This document shows positions 23,960 to 37,231 of a stretch of DNA of 64,000 bases, piece by piece. Each line of letters starts with the position of its first letter. Position 1 is the stretch's first letter. A program made the translations under genes and the position numbers. The notes beneath the pieces are model-generated. The model ran no database searches. It was given only the letters and a program-made list of their open reading frames with translations, and was not told where the DNA came from. Origin of the DNA: Amphiscolops sp. MND2022 (Eukaryota); the NCBI GenBank assembly GCA_964187785.1, contig OZ076411.1, positions 4,898,001-4,962,000 of the forward strand. Reading direction: 5' to 3'.

Positions 23960-25576
23960 TGTAAGGACTACGGTCGTCTGTGTCTCTTAAATTACACGCG
24001 GACCGTGAGTCCTTTTTTGTAAATTTAGTTTTGAGCCCATTTGATCCTTCTCTATCTTCCTGATTATTTTGTGACGAACCGGACTCAGTGTCCCTCTGTC
24101 CTGAAGACAGCGTACCCATAGCATTTTGAATCTTTGGGATCACACTATTATTGATGGCAGAATTGATCGCTCTAGTTATCTGGACTTGTAGGAAGTGAAT
24201 CCGTCACTTGGGATAACCTGAGATTCAATTCCTCTGATAACAGTGCCATAGACTAGAAGTGTCTATCTGACCTAGTGGTCTCAATTCTACAGCCAATGTT
24301 TCTATTCTCAATTTGCTGTGAAGGAATTTTGTAAGTAAGAATGGCCTCGATGTCACCTTGGCCGAGAGAATGATTTAATACAATCTCGAATTTCTTTTCT
24401 ATATAACTTGAATTGATTCCACCAAGCATCATGTCCCTGTCGTTATCATTGGACATCGTGTCCATTTCTCTAGAACGTCTAATTCAGTCTTTTGTCTTCT
24501 TGTTGAAGAAAGTATTTGTAGGGAAAGAAGTCAATTACCTCTTTTATGGTAAAATAAAGTGAGTTTGACAATCGGTCTCAATAATAGAGTTACAAATCAA
24601 AATTGTGTCCTCGGGACTAGGAGTCCCGAGTATTTATACTAAAATATGCATGACATACAAATTATAGGATATCATCAATCTAATTTTAGAGCAATTGCTC
24701 TAAAAATAGCTACAAAGGACTGCCTGTCCTTAAAAACACACAATGACGTAGTTCTAAATATAGCAGCAACATGACGCAGTCAATAGATATCTATATATAG
24801 TAACAGCGTCAACAAATACCCACGTGGCCCTGAAGGCCGTCTAAATGGAACATGTTTAATTACACTACATGTAAAGCATCCTAAATTAAACTACATGTAT
24901 AGCATGTGGAAAGGAATGGCAAGTAGACACAAGGGCCGTAACCTATAATAGACGACATAAGACTGGCTATTCATGGGAATTAGTTTCCCGTCTGAGATAG
25001 CTTCAGAGAAGGGGGGAAGGACTGAAAGTCCAGCACAATTTCGATAAATGAATTTCAACCACGAAAATGTAAGTATGTATGTAGCAACAATTTGTTATAG
25101 GCCTTAAGAATCGTAAAAAACTATTAATTGCATCTTTGCATAATATATTGCACTTTCATCTTTAAATTGGACTGGTAGTCCCACTGCCATAACACCGACA
25201 ATACAAATGACTGCTATACTAGATAGGAGTGTTCAGCAAGCGTACTGCGCTGTGATTGGTTAATATTTTACCGGACTAGCTGTCCACTAGCCATTAGTGA
25301 GAGGTTTATTTAAGTCGACAGCCGTGAATGGCCTTTAAATGAAAGTTAACAGCACTTAAAATCTAAATTGGGACTCAATGTCCAACTGCCGCAAACGTAC
25401 TGGTTTATTAGTTGACAAGCGGTGAACGGCCATCGCGTCTAATAATCAAAAGCACTAACTCAGAGCACTCATACTAATACTGCAATTTGATTGGTCTAAA
25501 TTCAACCGGACTGGCTGTCGAAGACGACACAAAGGGACATAAAATAAAATAAGATCACAGGTGGCAGCCTGCGACA
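23960..25576 (-). repeat. 3' LTR of element 3 (1617 bp)
   Basis: TGTCGC...CCTTACA on the minus strand; matches 28558-29887. Confidence 0.9.
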
Positions 25577-25922
25577 CTCCCCCTGGCATAAGGAGAAACG
25601 TTCCTGCTGACCCCACACTGACACGGTCCATGTGGTCGTCTTCATCGCTTGATAGATTACTGTGCCGTCCGACTTTGGTTATTAGGACAATAGGTCTTTC
25701 AAATGATGTCCGAAACACATTGCAACCCTTTATATGCTGTAACGAGAACATTTTACATGGATAGAAGCAACAAACTGTATGGCCTTCATGTCCACAACAT
25801 TTTGCAACATCCATAATACAAGTGACATGGTTACATAATAATCTGCATGAGTACAAAAGTGGTATTGGTTTATGGCCATCATGTCCTTTAAAACAGGTGA
25901 ATGGATAAAATATCGGGTGGGC
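25455..25922 (-). pseudogene. Cys/His-rich ORF3 remnant of element 3, crossing the PPT into the LTR
   Basis: Open frame with GHDGH and GHEGH motifs, many Cys and NLSSDEDD; same position as ORF3 of elements 1 and 2. Confidence 0.45.
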
Positions 25923-27699
25923 CTATTTTACTAATATCAGCGATTGGTGGAATGTCCTTGACGTTAATGGCCAAGGGACATCAAGGACTGGTTTCAAAGC
26001 ATCGATAAGCATTGATTAAAATACATTTCAATTGCTTCATATTAGCTCAGGAATTGATAAATTAATAGCATCGCTTCAAAAAAAGGAAAACCACAATGGC
26101 TGCCCGTCCTATTATAACGTCACTAAATACTGCATGGCCAGAGTGGCCTTTAATTCTATTTACTGCGTACAATTAATAAGAGCACTGTGAATGGCGGCAT
26201 GTGATTGGATGATTTAAATTAAGGACCTGTGGTCCACTAGGCCAAGATAAAAGACATTTGAACATTAAAAATACAGCGCTGGAAACAGTAGCAACAAAGT
26301 TTTGTAATAATAAGGCCTTGTCGTCCAAGCGCCAACTACTGCCTGGCTGTCTACGGCGCATGGCTGTACTCGGTTTCTCAGGAGATTCTGCTCACAGATT
26401 TTGATAAAATCCATAAGTTGACACGTATTTGACATCAAGTCCAAATAACTGTAAATTTGACAGTAAATTGTATAGCCACGAACTCCAATTACTTTATCGA
26501 CATTGTGTCAGCCTTTGTTACATTGCCCAATTCTCCACTCAATTCAATATCTTTATTATTCATTCGTATTACTCAGTATTTAGCCAACGTCGCATTTAAT
26601 CTTCTTGTATTTAATCCACAGTCAGTCTTCTAGTCGGTTTTTCTTGTAGTCTTCTTTTATATTATTTTCATGGGACGTTCTGTGCAATCATCCTTACTCC
26701 CGTGGGTTACCTTGGGCTCGCCCGGATAATCGACATCGAGTCCCCACTTAGCGGTTCTCTGCCAGTTCCCGTCTTATTCACCTTCTTTGGAAGAAATCAC
26801 AGTCCTTTGCCTTGCTACTCTTCACTTGCCATCAGAGTGGACTCAAGGTCTCTTTGCCAACTTTCTCTTGGATTTGCGGATAACACTTTCAGCAGTGACA
26901 CACAGTCAAATTGTTCTCTTCAGGAATCACAACCAACAGTCCGAAATTTTCAATAGACGAAACAGTCATCATTTTCCCAGCAGATATCCATATAGGTGTG
27001 TTGTTATGAAGGTTTTCTTTCATTAGTTTCGATTTTTGATTTTGAACTTGAAGAGGCTTGATCAAGGCCTTCATGTTGTTCAAGTACTTCCTGTCCATAT
27101 AACAGAAGTGTTCACTTGAGTTCGATTCTATCTACTCCGGAGACGTTATATGCAGTAAATGGACTTTAATTAAGGAAGGTTCCCGCTTGAATTCATTTCG
27201 TTCTCTTCAGACATGTCGTCTGAGAACAACTTGAAGAAAATCCAACACAACATTCTGAAGATAATGAGGTCCAGCAGTTCACTGGATTCCTGGTGACTGA
27301 AGATACTGCTGAGTCAACTGAGCGATCTGCTGAGCCAGTTTGCCGTCAAGCGGACATACTGACCCCTAGTCCATCAACTGAAGATAGTGTTAGCGCGTCA
27401 TTCGGGGCTACAGAGGGAAACTGGGCCAAGTTCATCTAAATTCTAAATGTACATAGTGTACATTTGTTTCTAATTCATTTCTGTTGTATTTCAAACTGGT
27501 TTTGTATTTGTTGTATTATTGTGCTTGCAGACTGTTTGTGGCTTTTATTGTATTATTCGCCACTGAGTCCATTTGTTGATGTATTTGTCCGAAGATATAA
27601 TTTGTCCATGAGAAGTCAAAAGATATATTCAGAGCAGTCCCAAAAAAAATACATGTCCTCGTGGGCGAACAGAGAAAAGGGGACTAGCAATTCAATTTT

Positions 27700-28150
27700 C
27701 TGGCTAGTGATTGTATTCCTGAGGATAGTTGGGGATGGGGTAGATTGAAGATTGTATTTTCTCCTCTGGGACTCGTATTTTCATCAATTTCTTCATTTTC
27801 CGATATTCCGGGCACGGTAATATCTGCGCCTCCGTTCGGAACCATTTCCGCATCGTCTAGTTCATTTGTGACGTTATATTCCTTTTCCGTCCTACTAGTC
27901 GATTTATTCGGTGGGGACGCCGCGTCACGGTTGTTGGCCGGTGTCGGCTGTATTTCATTCTCGATGACGTCATTTTCACTCATTTTCTGGCTGCAGCGTT
28001 CATCTTCGTGGACGCTGCTGCGTTCAGTTTCAATGACGTAATGGTCCACACCGCCACTTGCGTCGTCGTTCGGCAGGCGCGTAGCCACCCGGTCCAATTT
28101 TCTTTTCTCGGCTCAAATACTTTGAAATCAAAGTCTGATTCCCACAAAAT
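27700..28150 (-). pseudogene. Integrase C-terminal tail remnant of element 3
   Basis: NDLYTILWESDF resembles DDLYALAWQSGF (element 1) and DDWYAQAWETEF (element 2). Confidence 0.7.
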
Positions 28151-28321
28151 TGTATACAAGTCGTTTTCTGTTCGTCGTGTAGACGTGTTCGGATCATTTT
28201 CATTATTTGTAAGTGGATAGTTTCGATAGTATTTGTAACTGGAAAAGACGTAATGTCGTTTAACTGGAAAAGACGTAATGTCGTTCTGACATGGGTTCAT
28301 TCATTTGGAGTCGTGGCGCAA

Positions 28322-28557
28322 TTAGTTTTTTGAATTTGGCTTCTGAGAGACAGTATGACCTGATGTGGCACTTGACTGTTTGTCATTGATATTGGGGGAT
28401 GCCTCGTCTCCTGGTCTGGGTGATGGTTTTGTTTTTGCTTTATTTCTCTTGGGGCGTAAATGCGCACCTGCGCCTTTCCAACATTTTTCGGCTGTGTGGT
28501 TTGTTTTACTGCACGTTGGGCATTCAGGGTATGTTGGACGCTGGGGCTTTTTGTCAC
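28322..28557 (-). pseudogene. gag: Gag C-terminal remnant of element 3
   Basis: CPTCSKTNHTAEKC knuckle; ends SKN* with A AAA AAC (28325-28331); -1 frame reads KKLIAPRL. Confidence 0.8.
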
Positions 28558-29887
28558 ATAACAGTGCCATAGTCTATCTGACCTAGTGGTCTCAATTCTA
28601 CAGCCAATGTTTCTTTTCTCAAATTGCTGTGAAGGAATTTTGTAAGTAAGAATGGCCTCGGTGTCAACTTGGCCGAGAGAATGATTTAATACAATCTCGA
28701 GTTTCTTTTCTATATAATTTGAATTGATTCCACCAAGCATCATGTCCCTGTCGTTATCATTGGACATTGTGTCCATTTCTCTAGAACGTCTAATTCAGTC
28801 TTTTGTCTTCTTGTTGAAGAAAGTATTTGCAGGGAAAGAAGTCAATTACTTCTTTTATGGTAAAATAAAGTGAGTTTGACAATCGGTCTCAATAATAGAG
28901 TTACAAATCAAAATTGTGTCCTCGGGACTAGGAGTCCCGAGTATTTATACTAAAATATGCATGACATATAAAATATAGGGTATCATCAATCTAATTTTAG
29001 AGCAAGTGCTCTAAAAATAGCTACAAAGGACTGCCTGTCCTTACAAACACACAATGACGTAGTTCTAAATATAGCAGCAACATGACGCAGTCAATATATA
29101 TCTAGATATAGTAACAGCGTCAACAAATATCCACGTGGCCCTGAAGGCCGTCTAAATGGAACCTGTTTAATAACACTACATGTAAAGCATCTTATATTAA
29201 ACTGCATGTATAGCATGTGGAAAGGAATGGCAAGTAGACACAAGGGCCGTAACCTATAATAGACGACATAATACTGGCTATTAATGGGATTTAGTTTCCG
29301 TCTGAGATAGCATCAGAGAAGGGGGGAAAGGACTGAAAGTCCAGCACAATTTCGATGAATGAATTTCAACCACGAAAATGTATGTATGTATGTAGCAACA
29401 ATTTGTTATAGGCCTTAAGAATCGTAAAAAACTATTAATTGCATCTTTGCATAATATATTGCACTTTCATCTTTAAATTGGACTGGTAGTCCCACTGCCA
29501 TAACACCGACAATACAAATGACTGCTGTACTAGATAGGAGTGTTCAGCAAGCGTACTGCGCTGTGATTGGTTAATATTTAACCGGACTAGCTGTCCACCA
29601 GCCATAAGTGAGAGGTTTATTTAGGTGGACAGCCGTGAATGGCCTTTAAATGAAAGTTAACAGCACTTAAAATCTAAATTGGGACTCAATGTCCAACTGC
29701 CGCAAACGTACTGGTTTATTAGTTGACAAGCGGTGAACGGCCATCGCGTCCAATAATTAAAAGCGCTAACTCAGAGCACTCATACTATTACTGCAATTTG
29801 ATTAGTCTAAATTCAACCGGACTGGCTGTCCAAGACGACACAAAGGGACATAAAATAAAATAAGATCACAGGTGGCAGCCTGCGACA
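28558..29887 (-). repeat. 5' LTR of element 3, with its 3' end and PBS deleted
   Basis: Matches ~24238-25576; joined directly to the gag C-terminus. Confidence 0.85.
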
Positions 29888-30767
29888 CAGTGTGAGGTCT
29901 GGGTTCTGACAAAAAATTTTTTGCTACTGTAAATGTCGGGAACTGCCTGTTACAAAACGTGGACTAACTAACAATCAGGATGCATAATAAATTGAGTATG
30001 CTTCTTCTTAAATGCGGCACAGTACAAGTTTTACATTTTATTCACTTTTCGCAATTCGAACATGTTTCATTAAGCAGAAATGAAATGCCAGTAAATTTTT
30101 CGACTGTGATAAGTTTTAAACGAGTTTATGACAGTCTTCCTAACTGTTCACTTTCTTTACCTCAACATGAAAACCAGTACCTTTGCTGCTGAAAGGCTAA
30201 TATTAATATTTATCTCCCTTTCAATTTTGATTGATTTGCAGATTTGCAGAGTATTTGATATCTGTGAGCGTGAATATATTCTTTGGCAGTCGGGCAACAA
30301 CTGAAAATACAACATACGGGCTTGATTTGTCCGTGGAAAAAAATGCGAGATCAACATCTACGCCGGCATATACGTTTCGGTTTTCCCTGGATTTAAAAAC
30401 AAGCAAAAAAATTACAACCAGGAAAAACGAATTCTAGGGTGCGATGTACTAACTGTAAAAACAGATGGAGTAAAATTGCCTTTCACTCTCTTGGGAAAGC
30501 GCAACTTAAGAAAAATTACTGAAGATTTGAAAAACAAGAATTGGGTTGAAATAAAAATGGGTTAAAATGTAGCAACGCTTAGATGCCAAAATTTATCAAA
30601 ATTTATCAACGAACTATATGTAGCTTAGTTAGTCTGTTACCAAAAAATGCTCAATTTTATGATACAAAATTCTTTCAACATTTTAAAACCAAATGATTAA
30701 TCTTGAAAGATCTTGAAAGGGTTTTACAGGATCCTTGCAAAAATATTTTTTCTCAAAGTGTATTCAA

Positions 30768-31127
30768 CAGAGTTTTTACACCGCTAATCAGCGATTTAGC
30801 GAATAAGCGGCCGCGCAGGAATTTTTCAGCGATTTCATTAGCGATTCAAATTAGCGGTAACTAACAGACCCTCCAAATTCAAAATTTCTTCTGTGTATAA
30901 ATGTGTTTCAAAATGAATTTCGGAAAAATTCCAACGCTTACCCTTGTAAAACACGCACAGTATAAAAAATTCTAGTCTTTTCTCTTCCAAAAACCGAATA
31001 AGTTAATTTGAAACATAGTTAAAGCTAAACATTTAATAGTTTGCAGAAAAAGTATTTCAGCGAAATAGCGATTTTCAAATTAGCGGTTTAGCGATTAGCG
31101 GAAGAAATTAGCGATGTCAAAATCCTG
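30768..31127. mobile_element. hAT-type MITE (360 bp)
   Basis: Imperfect TIRs CAGAGTTTTTACA and TGTCAAAATCCTG; perfect 8-bp TSD GTATTCAA; second copy at 63474. Confidence 0.88.
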
Positions 31128-31949
31128 GTATTCAAACGAAGGGTTGGTTCAACTAACTTGTATTTGAGAATTAACCCAGGAAAACTGGCTGTTTGAAAAT
31201 CCCACGGAAATTGACTTCTGTATGGATAGGCACCCGTTTTTCCGGTAACTGTACCAAGTAGTTGGTAAACACGGGAAATATTAGGTTGAAAATAATAACA
31301 TTTCCTTTCGGGAGCCCGAACTAGCTTTTGCTACATTAAACTACTCTAAACAACCTGTAACCTTCATGCTTTTGTTTCTACTATAAAAGCTGTAGAATGA
31401 CTTGATTTAGCGGAAGTTCCTTAACGTTGAACGGAAAGGATTTTGAGCCCGGGGGAAACTTCAAATGCGAAAGGAATTTGTTCACAATTTCTTCACAATT
31501 TTGTCATTCCGCTACAATCTTTAAGCCATTGGTACAACTCTGCTAATACACAGCTCTTCGATATAAGGTCCAGAAGTATCCGGGAATTTTGCACAACAGC
31601 GCCGAAAGAGCCAGAATTTCTGTGAAACTCGGGAACTTGTCGCGTTTTCACAGCCGGTTGCCATACTGGTAATTTTGGTATTCATTAAATTATCTTCTAC
31701 CTGTAAAATTAATAGCAGTATCATATAATCAGATATTATCGCCCATGCTTCTAAATCCAAATGCTGCTATGACAAAGGAGTTTAAACTCGAGTTAAAACT
31801 GAGACAACATTTTCCAAGACTTTGGAAACAAGATTTGAGAGAACGTTAACAGTCAATCTTGGAAGGGGGAAAGCTTTTGCTGTGATTTAGGCCTGAAATA
31901 ATATCAGAAGTGTGAAGAAAAACAAAAAGGGCTAAAGTTGGCTGTTCAA

Positions 31950-32640
31950 AATTGGTTTACAAAGCGTAGTTGGAAATTTAAATTGACAGAAAGTTGAATT
32001 TCAATAAACACTGGATGAATTGTTATCCTATCGAGTTTTTGACGAATCAGTTCAAGCATAATTGAACTGTCTTTCAAAAAGTGCATTAAAATAAAAGTAT
32101 GCATGAGGATTTTTCAAAATAAACACAGTTTCTGATTGAAAAATTGACATTCGATTGAGAGTGTTTAGACTTCATAATCATATGAAACAAAATGTCGTCA
32201 CGTGTTAGCATAAATTATATAATCCTCCTTTGTGGCAAAAAACCGTGAACAGTCCCGTAATATAATAGACGAAATGCTGAAAATTTCCACTGTCGCTAAC
32301 ACTTCTGTATCGAATTGAAGAACGCGTCGAAAAGGCATATAAAAGCTTCTACCTTATCTGCACGAATATTTATAACCTGCATTGTTTGGCCAAATTTCTC
32401 CTATACAAAATGCAACGGCTCCCAAAAAACACCATCATATCTATGATTGTGAGATTGGTTGAAATAATTTAATATGGAATTGCAACAAACTAGATTTCAA
32501 TGAAGGCATTCTCAAAGTCAACATCTCTTTAGACAATAGCACAAACCTATATCAAGGAAAAACGTCGCGTTATATATCAATTGCTAATGCACTCGGCAAA
32601 CTTGACCGTGACAAAGTGTTCCGATTGTGTTAAGAATTTC
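31950..32640 (+). pseudogene. Highly decayed non-LTR (LINE) RT C-terminal remnant
   Basis: IEERVEKAYKSFYLICTNIY...KFLLYK at ~32315-32410 resembles LINE post-RT sequence; boundaries uncertain. Confidence 0.4.
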
Positions 32641-33164
32641 AATTTAAGCCATGAAAACTAGCAAAAAGATCTCAACTTACCGAATTACTCGACTTCTGTA
32701 TAAGTTCAATCGAGGTGTCTTCCCTGCTTAATGAAAATTACCAAATTGATCACTATAAGATTTGATGCTCAAACATAGAGCTTGCCGTTCAAAGTTCAAA
32801 GGTCCGGACTAGGCAGTGGTAGGTGTCAGCACATGCCAAGAATCAAAACATTCCCAACTGACAAGTGTTTTCAAAAATGTCTAGATACGGCTAACTATGG
32901 CACTTTGATTTCTGTTTTTAAACGTTTAGCGACAAAATAGTGAATGATCCGACGACCGTCTGGGAAGCCGTCAAGGACATGTAGCATGCGACTGATCACC
33001 GATCTAAAACCACGGCAAACGGAGTATGAATACAGGCAATTTTTGACATTGAAAAAACAAAAAATTGCGAAAAGACAAACAGCAGAAGTTAGCCTGAGAC
33101 ACCCTTGACTTTTTTCTACCCTTGATTTGCAATTTCATCCTTTCTCTTGCTTCCTTTCCGCCTG

Positions 33165-33189
33165 CTCTCTCTCTCTCTATCTCTCTCTG

Positions 33190-33247
<58 letters not shown>
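33165..33247. repeat. (CT)n microsatellite
   Basis: Read directly. Confidence 0.97.
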
Positions 33248-33250
<3 letters not shown>

Positions 33251-36200
33251 TTCGGTGGAGCCACCCTTATCAGAACGACGTAGCGTTTTACTTCTGGTGT
33301 AAGTTATCATCTTTAGTAGTAGGAGAGTAGTTAGGAGTATTGGTTTTGGTCCGATTGCTCTCTCTTCTTAGTCTTTTTTTAGTGTGCTAAAGACAAACAC
33401 TATTCCTGAGAATACTGCAAAACCGAAACAGTCGTCTCTTTCAACCAATCACAACTGTATCCGCAACCTTGTAGCCCTGACTTACCGTGAAACTTTCAAA
33501 ATATCTCGTAAAAAATCAGCCCGTTTGCATTGGGTTCGAGAGCCGTTTTAACATTGTAAGAAAACTGAGGTTAGAAAACACATCTGGTCCTAACGGAAGA
33601 ACCCCCCCCTTACGTCTTTTTGTATGGTGGAATTCTTAGGACTTACCCTAGTGTTTGCGTGATAGTGATCGGGGACGCACTCGCTTAATCCTAAGGACAA
33701 GAATGACTCCCGCGGTTGAATCGGGTAAAGTAATTTCTTTCAACAGTCGCAAGAACATTTTTAGAAGTGGGTAAAAAACCCTGTGGACTGACTGAATTGT
33801 CCATAGTTATTCTTTTGGTTTTTTCGGCGGATTGGTTCACATCAATGTAATAATGTACCATGAAGACATCAGATAGCATTAATTGCTGTGGATGAATGTG
33901 ATGCAACAAAGGAAATCATCAATATTCCAAGCAACTAATTTCGAGATTCAAACGTGCTCGAACCAAATGCATTTCTCTTCTCGTTGAATTCATTCTAACT
34001 CCTATTTGAGTTCTTCAAAAACTATTGAAACAATTAGACAATAAACAACATGTTTTCAAACGCTTCTATCTCAAAAGAAGAAAGGCTCAGTTATCGCTCA
34101 AATGACTGGTTACTACCAGCCCAGTGAATGAAGTTCGATTCCCGGGCATGTCAGTTTGAATGAATTTTGGTTGCACTTCGCTACCAGTTTTCGCCCATTC
34201 CGAATAGAAAAATTGGCGAAGGATTAGGCAAATCAAAGTAGGCAACAGAACTTTCTCGTTTTATGTCGCTATGATCCTCATGAAATTTTTCCCTGAGGTC
34301 ACAAACATGTTTACGTGGAAAATAAAGTTAACAACACACTGTTTGCAAATGCTTATTTTATTGAGTGGAAGCGTTTTTCGAAGCTGCAAGATGATTGAAT
34401 CTGCTCGGATGAATTAATACTGGAGGTACTCAAAATGTAATTGTTTGTAAAATGCTATTGGTTCTGGAGAGACCATCGAAAGCATTTTTTTGCGAATTCA
34501 AAAATTCAAACATCGGGACAGAATAGCTGTCTTGTTGGCTCTTACTTTCACATTTTTCGAAAGTAGCTGCACAACAATTCAATCGTTTCTACTTCAGCGT
34601 CATACAGTTATTTTGGCTATCGCAAACTTAAGCCAAATCTTCTACTTTTAAGGAAATTGAGTTTTTCCCGTTTGTCTTCAAATGTGACTGCTTGGAGGCA
34701 TCAAAGTGCTGGGAAAAAGTTATTTTTCATCATTTCTCCAATTTTACTAGCAATTTTTTTCATTGAAATATTCGGTACAAGAAGGGGCGACTTTGCAGTC
34801 AATTTTGCAGGCAGGAAGTATCTATCGCAAATGAGGGCATTAGAACCTGCTCGAAGTTCATTGAGTGGTGCAAAATTGCAAGCAGTTGCTGAGTAGCCGA
34901 CTTGAGCTTGGATTGTGCACTAGGTGAACTAAAAGAAACGGAACGTACAAAATTTTTTGATCTCTCAAAGTTTCAAATATTAGTCAACAAACGTTTCACA
35001 ACATCTTTGAACGATGCTGTCAATCATTAAAGTTGGCATCTTTACTTCGAAGCGAAAGAACTTTCTTGCATTAAAAGTGAGAACGAAACGACTGGTAAAA
35101 TAGTCTAGACTTTTTATGATGGTTCGAACCATCCTTAGTTGAAGATGCGATTACGTAACAGGAGCTTCATTCTAAATGGTTGACAAAAAAATTGAAAGAT
35201 TCTCAGTCTCTTGTTTACAAATAATACGGTTTTGAAGACGCAAATTTTTGTGCGTTCCGTTGTTTTTGGTTCACCTAGTCCTGAGTGTAGAAATCAGTTT
35301 TGCAAAACTTGAATGGTTTAAACAATTGTCCTTGCCGTTGCTTTGATCTTCCACCTCCTTGGGACAGAACTGTCGCCGACAAATTGAACACAATCAAATT
35401 TTCCTGAATATCGATCAAAGTTTTCTGCGATCAAAATATCCTTCGACAGAATCCGTCCGGAATCAGGATCAGGAAGATGTAATAAATAGTGCACAATCAT
35501 TGGTTCGTCTCTGTTTGCGGCAGATAAAAAAATATACTCAGCTCGAAAAAACAACTGGGTGGCATTTTCGTGTGTTAACTATACGATGTTACTGCTGACT
35601 GTATCACCAGTAGCAACATTTGCCATTCCATTTTGTTGCCTTCCAGCGATGACTTTACGTCCTTCAGGTTTTCTGGAATCAGGATCAGAGAGATGCTTGC
35701 CTCTTACTTTGAAAAAATTTCCACCCTCAAAACCTGTGATTTTTTTGGCATTTTTTCTTTGAACACTTGCTACAATTGCACGTTGTTTTAGTTTATATAA
35801 AGTTTTTTTTGAAAACATTTGACGTGGTTAATGCTCTCACCTGGAGTATTCAGATAATGTAAGTAATGCGGTTAGGCCCGGTTATCAATCGAGCTTGGTT
35901 GCGGAAAGACATTAGGAATGGAATCATATCAACTCGACAACTATTCCTGCTGTAGCTATTAAAAGTGGCAGACGTTTTCCTAATAAAAAATGAAATTGGA
36001 CGAAAGCTCAAACCTAAAACAGATTTGTAACAGAAACGTGCCCACAAGATTTCCCAGCTTAGGGTAGACTTTTGCCAATTTCCATGTTATTTGCAGTATT
36101 TATTAATCATTGTCGTTATTGTTAAATTAGTTGTTTTGTTGTGTATGCTGAAGTGCTGTTATTGAAACATTCGAACGTTGAATTTGTTAAATTTATCGTT

Positions 36201-36362
36201 CGGTGATCATGCACACTGTTTTTGGAAGTTTTGTGAGCGATGGTCCCTTAAGCTTAGCGAGATGTCCACTATTGAAAGCAATAACACGCCGGGAAAATGT
36301 TGGTGGTCATCTTGATCAGACGAGACTCGCTCCGCGGAACTGTGCATCAGACGGACAAAAAT

Positions 36363-36534
36363 GGACTGGAAACGAACGTCAGTCAGTCCCGACATTGTAC
36401 AAGTCCTTATCCGTACTGACGAGCTGAGTTTCCGACGCTTGTTGTTACATTAAATAGAATTGCAAAAAGTGATTCACCACTGTCTGGAAGGAAGACGAAC
36501 ATTAATTTCTGTTGTGAGTTCCGAATTGAGTAAA
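36363..36534 (+). repeat. ~170-bp dispersed repeat (copy 1)
   Basis: Similar to 54268-54436 (shared GACGAGCTGA..TTCCGACGCTTGTTGTTACATTAAATAGAATTGCAAAAA). Confidence 0.75.
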
Positions 36535-36545
36535 ATATATATTGA

Positions 36546-37231
36546 TTGATAGAAAGATCGAGAGGAGTAGAAACTCAGGTGAAAAATTCCAGTGAATTGA
36601 CTGTTGACCAATTCATGGATTATTTCAAAACTGCTTGTGATCCAGAAAAAGTTGCACCAATGTCCAGCAAATGGACAAGTCAACAAGGATATCAATCGCA
36701 ATCTATGTACTACTTTCCAGTTACTAATGACGATGTTCATAATTTCATTGCCAAATTAAAAAACAAAAAATCGGTTGGATTAGATGACGTGAACGTGAGA
36801 ATATTAAGAGCAGCGGCTCAAATTATCACTCCCTATTTAAAAACAGCTTTTAATAAATGTATATCCAGAGGCAATTTCCCTAAAAGTATGAAAATTGCTC
36901 AAGTTGTTTCGATTTTCAAAGACTGAGAAAAAATATAACATCCAACTGTAGACCGATTTCGACCTTGGGAAATCCATCAAAGATATTTGAGAAAGTAATT
37001 CATAAAAGACTCATGAATTAACTAGAAAAATTTTCAACACTTTGAGAATCTCAATACGGTTTTAGGAAAAAGAAAGATTGCTTACAAGCAGCTACGCTGT
37101 TATGGAAAAAAATCAAAGTAATTGGAGATCCAAAGTGAAAACAAACTAATTTTGTTGATTTTAAAAAAGCGTTTGACTCATTGACCACAAAATTAAAATT
37201 ACAAAAAGTTTACCATATCGGTATCAGGGGC
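36546..37231 (+). pseudogene. Decayed LINE (CR1/L2-like) RT, 5' part, interrupted by element 2
   Basis: LKNKKSVGLDDV..., FPKSMKIAQVVSIFK, YRPIS, QYGFRKK, DFKKAFD and GIRG motifs with frameshifts. Confidence 0.85.

Larger units (their letters stand above)
23960..29887 (-). mobile_element. Internally deleted Ty3/Gypsy element 3 (5.9 kb)
   Basis: TSD CAGTG (23955-23959, 29888-29892); LTRs start TGTCGCAGG; PPT AGGGGGAG (25577-25584); gag knuckle and integrase-tail remnants only. Confidence 0.9.

Noticed and set aside
33004-33330. RE/SL dipeptide-repeat ORFs
   Set aside because: Translations of the (CT)n microsatellite.
34088-34150. Weak tRNA/SINE-like head (GTTCGATTCCC)
   Set aside because: A box is poor and there is no cloverleaf; too degenerate to call.
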